Of a DNA stretch of 64,000 bases, positions 27,132 to 37,282 are shown one piece after another. Under the pieces are notes generated by a model. The model did no database searches. It saw nothing but the letters and a program-made list of their open reading frames with translations, and was not told the origin of the DNA. The stretch lies in IMG/VR virus record IMGVR_UViG_3300008107_000017, positions 64,001 through 128,000 of that record; one strand, 5' to 3'. Position numbers and translations under genes: made by a program. Source of the DNA: a virus. Numbering within the stretch: the first letter of the stretch is position 1; each line of letters begins with the position of its first letter.

Positions 27132-27806
27132 ATGAAAATTAATGAATACTTCGATAAAGTAATCTGTATCAATCTCGCTAAGCGTAATGATAGATGGGAA
27201 GAAATGCAGAAACAATTTAAGAAACATAACATTAAGGTAAGTAGATTTAATGCGATTGATGGAAATCCTATGGGATGGAAAAGTGATAACTTTGAAGGTA
27301 AAGAAACATCGTTTGCCGGCGCTATGGGTTGTATTGCAAGTCATGTTAATGTTTATAGTTTAGCAAAACAAAACGGTTGGAAAAATGTTTTAATCATCGA
27401 AGATGATTGCGATTTTATAGACGATTTGAATAAAATGTTTGAAGAGTCTATAAAAACATTACCTAATAAATGGGATCTTTTATACTTTGGTGGTGTTCAT
27501 GAAACACGTGGTGGTAAATTTGTTCCTGAAAAATTTAATAAGTTTTTTGTTAAGGCAAAAAGAATTATAACAACTACATGTTATGCAGTGAATCATACTG
27601 CGTATGATTTGATTTTAGATACTGTATTGGAAAAGAAGCCGTATTTTGATTGTCCTATTGATACATATCTAGGTGCATATATTCAACCTAATCTAGAAAC
27701 ATACGCATATCATCCTCCGATTGCTTGGCAAAGACCAAGTCATAGCGATATCCAAAATGCACATCGTGATTATTCTGAAATGATGAAAAATAATAATGTA
27801 AAGTAG
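27132..27806 (+). CDS. Glycosyltransferase family 25
   Basis: CINLAKRNDR, RFNAIDG, GCIASH, IIEDD. Confidence 0.9.
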   Translation: MKINEYFDKVICINLAKRNDRWEEMQKQFKKHNIKVSRFNAIDGNPMGWKSDNFEGKETSFAGAMGCIASHVNVYSLAKQNGWKNVLIIEDDCDFIDDLNKMFEESIKTLPNKWDLLYFGGVHETRGGKFVPEKFNKFFVKAKRIITTTCYAVNHTAYDLILDTVLEKKPYFDCPIDTYLGAYIQPNLETYAYHPPIAWQRPSHSDIQNAHRDYSEMMKNNNVK

Positions 27807-27810
27807 TAAT

Positions 27811-28374
27811 ATGAAGATTGATTATATTATTCCAACTTTACATAGAGATACGTTAGATAGAGCTATAAAATCTATAACAGATGAAGGCACAAATCATAAT
27901 ATTTTTGCCATTAGTCATGTTAAGGATGGTAGAGGTTGTGGTAATAGAAATGCAGGATTATCTCAAGTTAAAGATAGTGATTGGATTATTTTTCTAGATG
28001 ACGACGACTATTTAGTTAAAGGATTTAGTAAACAGCTTGATAATAATTTCGATGTTGTTGTTTTTAGAATGTCACAGGATGCGTCTAACCCATATTATCC
28101 ACCTAAGGTGATTCCTAGGGTATGTAATAAATGTTCTGAAACTACATCAAAGGGGTGCTGTTTACATAGCGGAAATGTTGGTTGTAATTTTGCAATAAAG
28201 ACTTCATTTTATCTTCAATATAAATGGTTATTTGACTGTTCTGTTAAAACACCTGATTGGCATTTCTTAGAAAGAGTAATTAATAAAACCGATAGAATAA
28301 AGGTTACAAAAGATATTTTTTATGTTGCTCCAATGGGAGGATATAATAAAGTAAAACCTAATGGAAAAAAATAA
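27811..28374 (+). CDS. GT-A (family 2-like) glycosyltransferase
   Basis: IIPT..R, RNAGL, FLDDDD. Confidence 0.8.
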   Translation: MKIDYIIPTLHRDTLDRAIKSITDEGTNHNIFAISHVKDGRGCGNRNAGLSQVKDSDWIIFLDDDDYLVKGFSKQLDNNFDVVVFRMSQDASNPYYPPKVIPRVCNKCSETTSKGCCLHSGNVGCNFAIKTSFYLQYKWLFDCSVKTPDWHFLERVINKTDRIKVTKDIFYVAPMGGYNKVKPNGKK

Positions 28375-28380
28375 AAGAAT

Positions 28381-28974
28381 ATGATAATAACTGTTTATAA
28401 TGATGTTATTCCACATGAAGTTGTAGAAAACCAAAGAAAGGTATTCGAAAAATTTGGAGAAAAGATTATACAAATTAAACCTAAAGTATGGGAGGGTCAT
28501 GCCCATACGGTAGATTCTCATTTAAGAAATAGTAATTGGGAATATGCAATAGTATTTGATATTGATTGCATTCCTCTAAATAAAGATGTGATTAAAGAAG
28601 CACGAGACTGGGCATTAAAGAATATGGGATTATATTCAGTAGCACAAAATCCTAATCATATACCAGGTGCGCCTGATTATGCAAGCCCGGCCTTTATTGC
28701 TTTTTCAAAAAAGACATATGAAGAGTTAGGAAGACCTAGTTTTCAAGGAACTAAAATTTGGGATGTTGGTGGAGAATTAACCTATAGAGCAAGAGAAAAG
28801 AATATGCCAGTAGTGTTAATGTACCCAAGCCACGTTGAAATTCCTAAATGGAAATTTAAAGATGGTAAAATGTTTGGTATAGGAACTACTTATGCAAATA
28901 AAATATATCATCATTTTGAAGGAAGAAGAGTAACAAAAAGTTTTTTAGATAAATGTAAACAAATTTTATTATGA
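28381..28974 (+). CDS. Putative glycosyltransferase
   Basis: FDIDCIP DxD motif, WDVGG. Confidence 0.6.
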   Translation: MIITVYNDVIPHEVVENQRKVFEKFGEKIIQIKPKVWEGHAHTVDSHLRNSNWEYAIVFDIDCIPLNKDVIKEARDWALKNMGLYSVAQNPNHIPGAPDYASPAFIAFSKKTYEELGRPSFQGTKIWDVGGELTYRAREKNMPVVLMYPSHVEIPKWKFKDGKMFGIGTTYANKIYHHFEGRRVTKSFLDKCKQILL

Positions 28975-29690
28975 AAAAGACAATTATAATTATCCCTGCA
29001 AGATGGGGATCAACTAGACTACCTGCAAAACCACTTGTTAAGATCTTAGATAAAATAATGATCCAATGGGTTTATGAAGAATGTAAAAAATCATTGGCAG
29101 ATGAAGTCTATGTGGCAACAGACGATGAAAGAATCCGCACTAAGGTTAATGAATTTGGTGGTAAATGTATAATGACAGGTGAATGTAAAACCGGCACAGA
29201 TCGCGTATTAGAAGCTGCTAAAGATCTATCATATGATATTCTTATAAACATACAAGGCGATGAACCTGGTATATCATTTAGAGATATTAACTCTCTTATT
29301 AATCTGGCAAATAGAAACACACAATCAGTTTCTACATTATCATCTCTTTTATCCAAAGAAGAACTAACCAATAGAAATGTAGTAAAACTCATTAAGTCTG
29401 GTAAAAAGGTTGTAATGTTTACCAGGAGCAGTTCTTATCTTTTTAGTCCTGATGTAGAAAAGCATATTGGGGCATATGCATTTCCTAAGGAGATTGTAGA
29501 AAAGATAGTAAAGCTTAAAACACAAACAGAAAATGAGATTGCAGAATCTTTAGAACAGTTAAGATGGGCAGATTCTGGAATATCATTTGTATGTAATACA
29601 GTTCTTCATGCTGCTAAAGGTGTTGATACACCAGAAGACTTAAAAATGATTGAAACATATCTTAAACAAAATAGAAAACAATCAATATAA
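28971..29690 (+). CDS. kdsB: CMP-Kdo synthetase (3-deoxy-manno-octulosonate cytidylyltransferase)
   Basis: IPARWGSTRLPAKPL, ATDD, GTDR, NIQGDEP, HIGAY, ESLEQLR, GVDTPED. Confidence 0.92.
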   Translation: MKKTIIIIPARWGSTRLPAKPLVKILDKIMIQWVYEECKKSLADEVYVATDDERIRTKVNEFGGKCIMTGECKTGTDRVLEAAKDLSYDILINIQGDEPGISFRDINSLINLANRNTQSVSTLSSLLSKEELTNRNVVKLIKSGKKVVMFTRSSSYLFSPDVEKHIGAYAFPKEIVEKIVKLKTQTENEIAESLEQLRWADSGISFVCNTVLHAAKGVDTPEDLKMIETYLKQNRKQSI

Positions 29691-29706
29691 AACTAAATAC
29701 TGTATT

Positions 29707-29934
29707 ATGCAACAGCAAATGAACTTAGATATTAATAACACAACGGAAGTTGTTTGTGAAAGCTGTGGTAACAATACATTTAGACCAATCTTCTTTTTAA
29801 GAAGATTAAGTCCACTTATTTCACCTGATGGCAACGCTCGTTTAATTCCGATGGATACACTTGCATGTTTAAAATGCGATCATGTAAATAAAGACTTTAA
29901 CCCAATTCCTCCACAAATTCAAACAGAAAAATAA
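29707..29934 (+). CDS. Small Zn-ribbon protein
   Basis: CESC...CLKC. Confidence 0.7.
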   Translation: MQQQMNLDINNTTEVVCESCGNNTFRPIFFLRRLSPLISPDGNARLIPMDTLACLKCDHVNKDFNPIPPQIQTEK

Positions 29935-29936
29935 AC

Positions 29937-30512
29937 ATGGAAAACAACGAAGAAACAGTAGTACAAGAGCCTTTAAAGAAAAGCGAATTAATTGCTAAAC
30001 AAAAGGAACTTATGGAGCTTAATGAAAAGCTTCTTAAAGAAATGCAGGAAAGAGAGTATACCATTGATCTTAACAACAAAAAGATTTTTGATCGTCTTGT
30101 TAAATTTCTTGAAAAGGATGCTCCTTGGGGTCATACCACTGCAACTGGCTTGGTTATGTTATATCATAATCTTCGCGAGCAGAAAGATATCATTATTAAG
30201 ACAAAGGATTGGGATGGTAAGATCCAATTAAGATCTGCCAATGTAACTATTCTTTGGTCAATGGTTACTAAAATGACCGGAAATGGATTCCATGAAGCCA
30301 AAGCCTTTATTGAATTAATGGCTGTATGTGGAGAAACTTTGGCCGGTGCTGTACAACGTGCCCACCAAGATAATCAACAACTTCGTGAAAATCATGCTAA
30401 GCTATCTCAAATTGATGATCAATTAGCAGATCCTAATATCATCAATGATATTGAAGAATCTACAGAGACTGTATCTATTGCTAATGAAGTAGACCCAGTA
30501 ACTGAAGCATAA
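29937..30512 (+). CDS. Hypothetical protein
   Basis: Long packed ORF. Confidence 0.75.
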   Translation: MENNEETVVQEPLKKSELIAKQKELMELNEKLLKEMQEREYTIDLNNKKIFDRLVKFLEKDAPWGHTTATGLVMLYHNLREQKDIIIKTKDWDGKIQLRSANVTILWSMVTKMTGNGFHEAKAFIELMAVCGETLAGAVQRAHQDNQQLRENHAKLSQIDDQLADPNIINDIEESTETVSIANEVDPVTEA

Positions 30513-30760
30513 TGGGATTCCATAAAAGATACATAGATAATCAACAGGTTATTCGCCTATTTAATGAAGGCGGGTCTGACCGGGTTATTAAATGGTATAC
30601 CGGTAAGGTTGACTCTTTAATCCTAGAAACCGGACTAGCATCTGACATTAATAAGATTTTATCAGATGGTGAATGGACAATGTTTGGTCAGGCAAAAATT
30701 GCCGAAGAAGTTACCAAACGGATTCATCAAGAATTAGGAATAGAAGAAATTAAAAAATAA
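30512..30760 (+). CDS. Hypothetical protein
   Basis: TAATG overlap. Confidence 0.7.
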   Translation: MGFHKRYIDNQQVIRLFNEGGSDRVIKWYTGKVDSLILETGLASDINKILSDGEWTMFGQAKIAEEVTKRIHQELGIEEIKK

Positions 30761-30779
30761 GGGACTTCGGTCCCTTTTT
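30759..30779 (+). terminator. Intrinsic terminator
   Basis: GGGAC-TTCG-GTCCC-T5. Confidence 0.85.
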
Positions 30780-30823
30780 ATTTCTCTATGTTATGATGAA
30801 TAAATAAAAAAAGATATCCTAAC

Positions 30824-31546
30824 ATGAAATTTATTAAAACGTTTGTTAACTTCTTAACTGAAAAGAAAGAAGAAAAAGACTTCGAGGATAAAATAAAAGG
30901 CCACGGATACTTTAAAGGTATATCAACCTCAACTGCCCGCAAGAAAGTGGATCAAATGAAAGACCAGGCTGCTAAACCTGATAATGATCCTTCTGCTTAT
31001 AAAGAATTACCAGGCGACACCAAAGGAAAGAAACTCCTAAAACCTTCTAAACATACTAAGAATTATCAGGATATCTATGCTGATGATGAAAAGGACACTA
31101 AAAATGAATCTATCATTAATTGGGAACTCTATCAAAAGCTTAAAGAAAATGATCTTAAAATAGAAAAAGAGATCAAGGATTTTAGTATTCTTCCATTTAT
31201 GATTAATGAGGATGACGCAGGTGGGGATCGTTCGCCGATTGATAATGATGCTATTGAAACTGGGTTAAAGAAAAAGAGCGAGGAAACAGGTGTTCCTTTA
31301 CCGCTTCTTAGAATAGTAATGCGTCGTGGAATGGCTGCATGGAAAAGTGGTCATAGACCTGGTGCAGGACAAGAACAGTGGGGTTATGCTAGAGTTAATT
31401 CATTTTTAACTCAAGCACCAGGAACATGGGGTCGTCCTATTAAAGATCCTCAAAAGAATGGACCTAAAGGCGCTTATGGTGCCGATGCTGATGTAGCACA
31501 AGAAGTAATTAAAGGTGGTCATGATAAAAATCTAAAAAAAGGATAA
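30824..31546 (+). CDS. Putative internal head protein
   Basis: MKFIKTFVNFLTE; C-terminal RRGMAAW..HRPG..QWGYARVNSF. Confidence 0.7.
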   Translation: MKFIKTFVNFLTEKKEEKDFEDKIKGHGYFKGISTSTARKKVDQMKDQAAKPDNDPSAYKELPGDTKGKKLLKPSKHTKNYQDIYADDEKDTKNESIINWELYQKLKENDLKIEKEIKDFSILPFMINEDDAGGDRSPIDNDAIETGLKKKSEETGVPLPLLRIVMRRGMAAWKSGHRPGAGQEQWGYARVNSFLTQAPGTWGRPIKDPQKNGPKGAYGADADVAQEVIKGGHDKNLKKG

Positions 31547-31992
31547 TGAAAACAATAAAACTATTTGAAGAATTTAAAGAAGCTACTTCATGTCCTGTAC
31601 CAACTAAAGATTTAGAAGTTAATACCAAAAATCGTGATAGAGCAATTCATGCAGATTTTATTGATTATGGACCTCTTAATGTAGATGAACCTGCAGGTTA
31701 TTGGGAACATTTAGCAGATCATTGGAATACCAGTGTTGATGCAGCTAAAGCATCTACATGTGGAAATTGTGTGGCTTTTGACATATCTCCTCGTATGTTA
31801 GAATGTATGCCAGGTGAAATTAGTGATGGCGATGGAAGATTAGGTTATTGTTGGATGCATCACTTTAAATGCCATTCTGCCCGCTCTTGTTATACATGGG
31901 CAAAGGGTGGTCCTATAACCGATGATAAGATATCTTACGGATGGCAAGAAAAAAATCTGGATGCTGCAAACAATCCAAACCCTATTAAGTAA
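31546..31992 (+). CDS. Putative internal head protein, Cys-rich
   Basis: MKTIKLFEEFKE; CGNC...GYC...C..W. Confidence 0.7.
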   Translation: MKTIKLFEEFKEATSCPVPTKDLEVNTKNRDRAIHADFIDYGPLNVDEPAGYWEHLADHWNTSVDAAKASTCGNCVAFDISPRMLECMPGEISDGDGRLGYCWMHHFKCHSARSCYTWAKGGPITDDKISYGWQEKNLDAANNPNPIK

Positions 31993-31994
31993 TT

Positions 31995-32537
31995 ATGAAA
32001 TTTGTAAAAAACTTTAATGATTATCATAAAGTCTCCGAGGGACTTAAATATCATATAGAAAATGGTTTGGATTTAACAAACAGTGTTTATCGCTTAGGTT
32101 CAGATTCATATGCCAATCTATTTGAAGAAGTAAAACAATATTGGGATAAAGGAAATATCATCCTAAACGGAAAGAGCGGTTGGATGGCAAAAAATCTCGA
32201 GGTTGGAAAACCCGCTGTTTATACTGACCGTAAAACCGGAAGAACTACTAAGGTAAAACTCGATTCACCAGAAAGAGGTGGAAATAAAAAGTTTATCGTT
32301 TATCGTAATACTGGTAGAACTAATGAAAATGGCGATGTGGTTGCAAGAAAGATTGAATGGGGTGATCCTAATCTTACTGTAAAGAATGATGATCCAGGTC
32401 GGGCTGCATCTTTTTGGGCAAGGCATGGTTGCGATAAAGCAGAAAAGATGGATCCTAATAAGGCAGGTTTCTGGGCATGTTATGGTCCAAGCTTGTTTGG
32501 AAAACAGTTAGGTTTAAGTAGCACTGAACCTTGGTAA
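31995..32537 (+). CDS. Putative internal head protein
   Basis: MKFVKNFNDY..VSE; WGDP..RAASFWARHGC..AGFWAC. Confidence 0.7.
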   Translation: MKFVKNFNDYHKVSEGLKYHIENGLDLTNSVYRLGSDSYANLFEEVKQYWDKGNIILNGKSGWMAKNLEVGKPAVYTDRKTGRTTKVKLDSPERGGNKKFIVYRNTGRTNENGDVVARKIEWGDPNLTVKNDDPGRAASFWARHGCDKAEKMDPNKAGFWACYGPSLFGKQLGLSSTEPW

Positions 32538-32564
32538 ATAAATAAACAAATAATAAAAAAAGAT

Positions 32565-33920
32565 ATGAGACATATTCCTAATTATTCGGAATTTAAGAAA
32601 ATTAATGAAGCTTTTGCTACTTCAATGACAACAGTTCAAAATGATGCCAAATTGAATCAGGCCGCTGATATTATTACAAACTTCTTAAATAAGAAAACCG
32701 GTAAGGCATTTAAGAAATTCCCGTTCCTGGTATATTCAAATGGAACCCCGGGCATTATGCTTTATAGTGATAAAGATAGTTCTGCGGTTAGAATTAGCGG
32801 CGGGGCTGGTCGTTTTCCTGGTGTAGTTGGTCAATTGGACTATTTTTCTGATGCTGCTTCACAAACGGCTGATTTTTCTGTTAGTAGTGAAACATTCCCA
32901 ATTGTTGCATTACTTAATGAATTTGTTAAATTAGTCAATGAACCTTCATATGCAACAGAAGTAGAATCATTAACTGAATCTACTCTTAATGAAGCAACTA
33001 AATCTTTCTCACCAGCTGAGCAGAAAACAATCTTAAGCAGATTGGATAAAGGCGAAAGCGGCGCTGCTATTGCAAGAGATATGGGAGTATCATACGGTAT
33101 GATCCTACAACTTAAGAGAAATGTAAATGTTCCTCAAGATGAGAATCCTGCAGTAAAGGCAAACGAATTAACTTTGCAAGATAAGGTTAAACTATTGGAT
33201 GAAACATTAGATGACCTTTATGAAATTACTAGAAGACTTGCTGCTGGTGCATTTACTTCCCTAATGGTTTCAGGTAGAGCAGGTACTGGTAAAACATTCT
33301 CTGTTACTAAAGCATTAAAAGATGAAGGTCTTATTGAGGATGATGACTTTATCGTTGTGTCCGGAGCAGTATCAGTTATTATGATGTATAAGAAAATGTA
33401 TCAATACAGAAATCAAGTTCTTGTATTTGATGACTGTGATGCTGTATTCCGTGATGAAAATGGTCGTAACATCTTAAAGGCCGCTCTTGATACTAAAAAG
33501 ACCAGAAGAATTTCTTATCTTAAGAAGAGTGGATTAGTATTTGACCCTAAAGATTTTGAAAATAATCCAGAAGGTGAATTTAATGCAATTGAAAATGGAT
33601 TAGTTCCTGCATATTTTGATTTTGCCGGTAGAGTGGTATTTATCTCAAACCTTCCTAAAGATAAAGCTGACCCTGATGGAGCTATTCGTTCAAGATCAAT
33701 CTTAATTGACGTTAATCCTGATGATATGACTCTAATGGAAAGAATTAAGATTCTTTTACCAGATCTTGAACCAAGAGATATGCCTCTCAAAGATAAAGAA
33801 GAAATTTTTGAATTTATGAAACGCGCAAAAGACGTCTCAATGAGAACCTTTGTTAAGGCTGCAGGTTTCAAACAGGCAGGTCTAAACAATTGGGAAAGAA
33901 TGGCACAAAGATATCTATAA
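32565..33920 (+). CDS. HTH plus AAA-type ATPase with capsid-targeting-like N-terminus
   Basis: GESGAAIARDMGVS HTH; GRAGTGKT Walker A; VFDDCD Walker B; FISN; AIRSR. Confidence 0.8.
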   Translation: MRHIPNYSEFKKINEAFATSMTTVQNDAKLNQAADIITNFLNKKTGKAFKKFPFLVYSNGTPGIMLYSDKDSSAVRISGGAGRFPGVVGQLDYFSDAASQTADFSVSSETFPIVALLNEFVKLVNEPSYATEVESLTESTLNEATKSFSPAEQKTILSRLDKGESGAAIARDMGVSYGMILQLKRNVNVPQDENPAVKANELTLQDKVKLLDETLDDLYEITRRLAAGAFTSLMVSGRAGTGKTFSVTKALKDEGLIEDDDFIVVSGAVSVIMMYKKMYQYRNQVLVFDDCDAVFRDENGRNILKAALDTKKTRRISYLKKSGLVFDPKDFENNPEGEFNAIENGLVPAYFDFAGRVVFISNLPKDKADPDGAIRSRSILIDVNPDDMTLMERIKILLPDLEPRDMPLKDKEEIFEFMKRAKDVSMRTFVKAAGFKQAGLNNWERMAQRYL

Positions 33921-33923
33921 TAT

Positions 33924-35402
33924 ATGAAACATTTTAGATCATACAGTGAGTTTAAACTCCAGGAAAAATACGAAGGTGTAGAGGTTAGTACTAGACGCTA
34001 CGAAAGAGTACATGGTAAAAAACCGCGTGGAAATGGAATGTGGGCATTTTACCTTGATCCAATTGGTGATGAACCTATTTTTACTCCTTCTGCAATGAAC
34101 TATACCGATGCTGTTAAATGGGCATCTCTTAAAGCCAGAAACATGGGTAAGAAAGTTATCTATGTTGGTGAATCGGTTAATGAAGAAGTAAATCCTAAAA
34201 TTAAAGATGAAGTTATTTCAAGACTATCTGACTTCTTTAGAGTTTCCCCTAATGCCTTAAAGAAATTTAATTTTGATGGAAACGATAACATTAAAGAACT
34301 TACAAAGGCTCTTAATTCAACTAGTGATCAAGGCACTAAGCTTTATTATGATACTGCAATTAAACTTGCAAAAGAAGATCTTGGTATCAGAGAATCGGTT
34401 AATGAAGCCTATAACGGTAATATGTCAGACTTCAAATATGATTTGGAAATGGCAGTTGAAGAACTGGGTATATCTGGTAATGCAATAAAAAAGGTTTCAA
34501 AATCTGGTAAAGGATATGAAGTTAGAATGTCCAGTTATATGAGTCAACGTGGTACTTGGGAAAAGATTGGGGAACTTATTGGGGCTACTCTTGTAGATTT
34601 TAAAGCAGATAAATCAATCAATGTTGGAATTTATGAAAGGGAAACATCCATCACTGAAGGTGAAGCTCTTATCTTTGATATAGTAGAACCTGAGTTTAAT
34701 GATCTTAAGAATAAGATATCTGATCTTAATAAAAAGACAGTTGACCTAAAATGGAGAAAGGCATTAGATCAAATTCAAAGAGAGGTTGAAAAACTTGAGT
34801 TCTTTATATCTAAATACGATAAACAATTAGGTGCGATTGAAACTAATGAATCTCTTAACGAACGTGAATACTCTGATGAAGAAAGAAAAGATATGGCTGA
34901 TAAAGGCTTAGCCTTACCTGATGGTTCATTTCCAATTAAAGACTTAGAGGATCTTAAAAATGCTATTCAGGCATACGGCCGCTCAAAGGATCAATCCGCT
35001 ACTGCTAAATTTATTGTTAAGAGAGCAAAGGCACTAAGTGCCGAGGATCTTATTCCTGATACTGAAGATTTTCAAAAGGCTTTAAAGGAAACTATTACTG
35101 AAGGTAATGCATTCCTTGCTGCCCGTGCAAAAGCAATTGATGAAGATGCCGAGGAGTTTGAATTTAATGGTAAAAAATATCCAGTATTAAATAGACCTAA
35201 GAAACTTAATGAAGAGCTTTCTGATAATGATGCATATAAGATTATAGATATAGGTTCAAAGTTTTCTAAGGAAGTAGGCGGACATTTACTTGCAACCCAG
35301 ACATTTGATACAGCCAATGATTTTGTTGATTACCTTCTTTCTGAATTTATTCCAAAGAAAGATCATCCAAAATTCTTAAAGTCTGTTAAATCATTAATGT
35401 AA
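33924..35402 (+). CDS. Multi-domain putative internal head polyprotein
   Basis: MKHFRSYSEFKLQE; internal ESVNE/ESLNE/ETITE linkers. Confidence 0.7.
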   Translation: MKHFRSYSEFKLQEKYEGVEVSTRRYERVHGKKPRGNGMWAFYLDPIGDEPIFTPSAMNYTDAVKWASLKARNMGKKVIYVGESVNEEVNPKIKDEVISRLSDFFRVSPNALKKFNFDGNDNIKELTKALNSTSDQGTKLYYDTAIKLAKEDLGIRESVNEAYNGNMSDFKYDLEMAVEELGISGNAIKKVSKSGKGYEVRMSSYMSQRGTWEKIGELIGATLVDFKADKSINVGIYERETSITEGEALIFDIVEPEFNDLKNKISDLNKKTVDLKWRKALDQIQREVEKLEFFISKYDKQLGAIETNESLNEREYSDEERKDMADKGLALPDGSFPIKDLEDLKNAIQAYGRSKDQSATAKFIVKRAKALSAEDLIPDTEDFQKALKETITEGNAFLAARAKAIDEDAEEFEFNGKKYPVLNRPKKLNEELSDNDAYKIIDIGSKFSKEVGGHLLATQTFDTANDFVDYLLSEFIPKKDHPKFLKSVKSLM

Positions 35403-35403
35403 T

Positions 35404-35997
35404 ATGAAATACTTTAAAAAATATAATGAATTTATCACTGAAAAGATTGCATATCCTGATGGAGACAAAACTACCGGTGATAAGATTCTTGATAAGTTTG
35501 CTAAATTAATTAATAGTCCATCAAGTACTGTTAATATTATGTCATGGGCAGTTCAGGGTAGAAGTATACCTTTTATGACTGGTGCCGAATCTTTTTCTGT
35601 AAATGCTAATCCATCACAAGACTATTTTTGGATTAATACATCAAAGGGAAAATTTAGACTACCTAAGAAGGATATTAAAAAGGCCGAGGAATTATATGAT
35701 GAGGTAGAATCTATTATACAAACTGGAAAGCCTAAAAGAAGTGTTGAAGAATCTCTTAATGAATCTACTTCATTAAAGAATGCAATTGCTATTCTTAAGA
35801 AAGAAAACATTATGGCATATCCTAACCCAGAAGATTTGGCAAAAGCAATTCACAAACACTATAAAGAAATTACAGGAGATAAGTACGAAGATGCTGTTGA
35901 AATGTCAATGAACGATAAGGTAGCTGATATCGTATCATATTTCAAAATCGACGGTTCAGACTTTATGTCAGCCTGGGATAAAACAATAAAAGACTAA
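35404..35997 (+). CDS. Putative internal head protein
   Basis: MKYFKKYNEFITE; internal ESLNE. Confidence 0.7.
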   Translation: MKYFKKYNEFITEKIAYPDGDKTTGDKILDKFAKLINSPSSTVNIMSWAVQGRSIPFMTGAESFSVNANPSQDYFWINTSKGKFRLPKKDIKKAEELYDEVESIIQTGKPKRSVEESLNESTSLKNAIAILKKENIMAYPNPEDLAKAIHKHYKEITGDKYEDAVEMSMNDKVADIVSYFKIDGSDFMSAWDKTIKD

Positions 35998-36000
35998 ACT

Positions 36001-36417
36001 ATGATTACATCATTTAATAATTTCTTAAACGAAAACTTCGGAGAAGCACAAGACATTTATGGCTCATTCTTTGTTGCTATGTTAGGACTTAGAGATCAGG
36101 CCCATATATTTCATTGGCAAACAGAATCATTTGCACAACATAGCGCATTTGGTGGATTTTATGATACCTATCTTACATTAGTTGATAAGTTATCAGAATC
36201 TTTAATTGGTATTCATGGAAGACCTTCTTTTATGGAAGCTGAAATTGAATTATCTGGTTATAGTGAAGAAAACATTGCGATATTTTTAGAAAAAGCATAT
36301 GCTTTATTCTTAGGGCAAGGAACTGAATTGGCTGGCGGTAATACCGAAATTAAGAATATCATCGATGAGATTATTGCTGAACTTGATAAGTTAAAGTATC
36401 TTCTTACTCTTAAATAA
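36001..36417 (+). CDS. Ferritin/Dps-like four-helix protein
   Basis: HIFHWQT..FAQH.A..FYD..D.L.E...KLKYLLTL; starts MITSFNNFLNE. Confidence 0.75.
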   Translation: MITSFNNFLNENFGEAQDIYGSFFVAMLGLRDQAHIFHWQTESFAQHSAFGGFYDTYLTLVDKLSESLIGIHGRPSFMEAEIELSGYSEENIAIFLEKAYALFLGQGTELAGGNTEIKNIIDEIIAELDKLKYLLTLK

Positions 36418-36719
36418 TGAAATTCATTAAGGCATACGAATCGTTCCTATTTGAAGGAAAACCTAAAGGTGCTCCTGATTGGCATGATTCAGATGCTCCT
36501 GATGCAGAAGGTCGTTTTAAAGATCTTTCACCAAAGGACCTCGCCGCTTGGCTTATTAAGTCAAGAAAAGGCGATCTAAAAAGAATAAGCGGTTCACTCA
36601 CACAGCAGGTTGTTTTTAATCGTAATGATGATCCTGCATATGCGGAAAAGATGGAAAAGACTCGTAAAGAAGTTTATAAACAATTAGGGAGAGAAGACCT
36701 ATTAAATAAAAAGGATTAG
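36417..36719 (+). CDS. Putative internal head protein
   Basis: MKFIKAYESFLFE. Confidence 0.65.
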   Translation: MKFIKAYESFLFEGKPKGAPDWHDSDAPDAEGRFKDLSPKDLAAWLIKSRKGDLKRISGSLTQQVVFNRNDDPAYAEKMEKTRKEVYKQLGREDLLNKKD

Positions 36720-37271
36720 ATGAAAAACATTATCTTAGATAATTTACAAACAAATTTTTGGTTTAACTATCCTAATTTTTATACCGAGGTTTCACAAAAA
36801 GATTATAAGATATTTGTGGAGGTTGGGGTTTGGAAAGGTCATTCAATTTCTTATCTTGCAAAAAAGCTAAAAGAATCTAAAAAAGATTTTAAAGTTTATG
36901 CAGTTGATTTATTTGAAAATACCTCAAAAGAAGATTGGGGTTATCTAAAAGAAGTTCCTTATATTTATGAAATCTATAATGAAGTTCTGAAGAGAGAAGG
37001 CGTTAGAGATGTCATAACAGATATTAAAGGTTGTTCTTGGGATATGGCATCTAAATTCGAAGATCATAGCATAGACTTTGTTTTTATAGATGCAGGTCAT
37101 GATTATGAATCTGTTAGTAAAGATATTAAAAATTGGCTACCAAAGATCAAACCGGGTGGTATGATATCTGGTCATGATTTTTATAATTCTTCTGGTGTAG
37201 CTCAAGCAGTTAAGGAGTTAGTTCCAGACTTTAAGATTAGTTCAGAAAAAATTTGGTTTAAGCAAATCTAA
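36720..37271 (+). CDS. Class I SAM-dependent methyltransferase
   Basis: VEVGVWKG.S, FVFIDAGHDY, KPGG..SGHD. Confidence 0.9.
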   Translation: MKNIILDNLQTNFWFNYPNFYTEVSQKDYKIFVEVGVWKGHSISYLAKKLKESKKDFKVYAVDLFENTSKEDWGYLKEVPYIYEIYNEVLKREGVRDVITDIKGCSWDMASKFEDHSIDFVFIDAGHDYESVSKDIKNWLPKIKPGGMISGHDFYNSSGVAQAVKELVPDFKISSEKIWFKQI

Positions 37272-37282
37272 AAAAGTATTAA

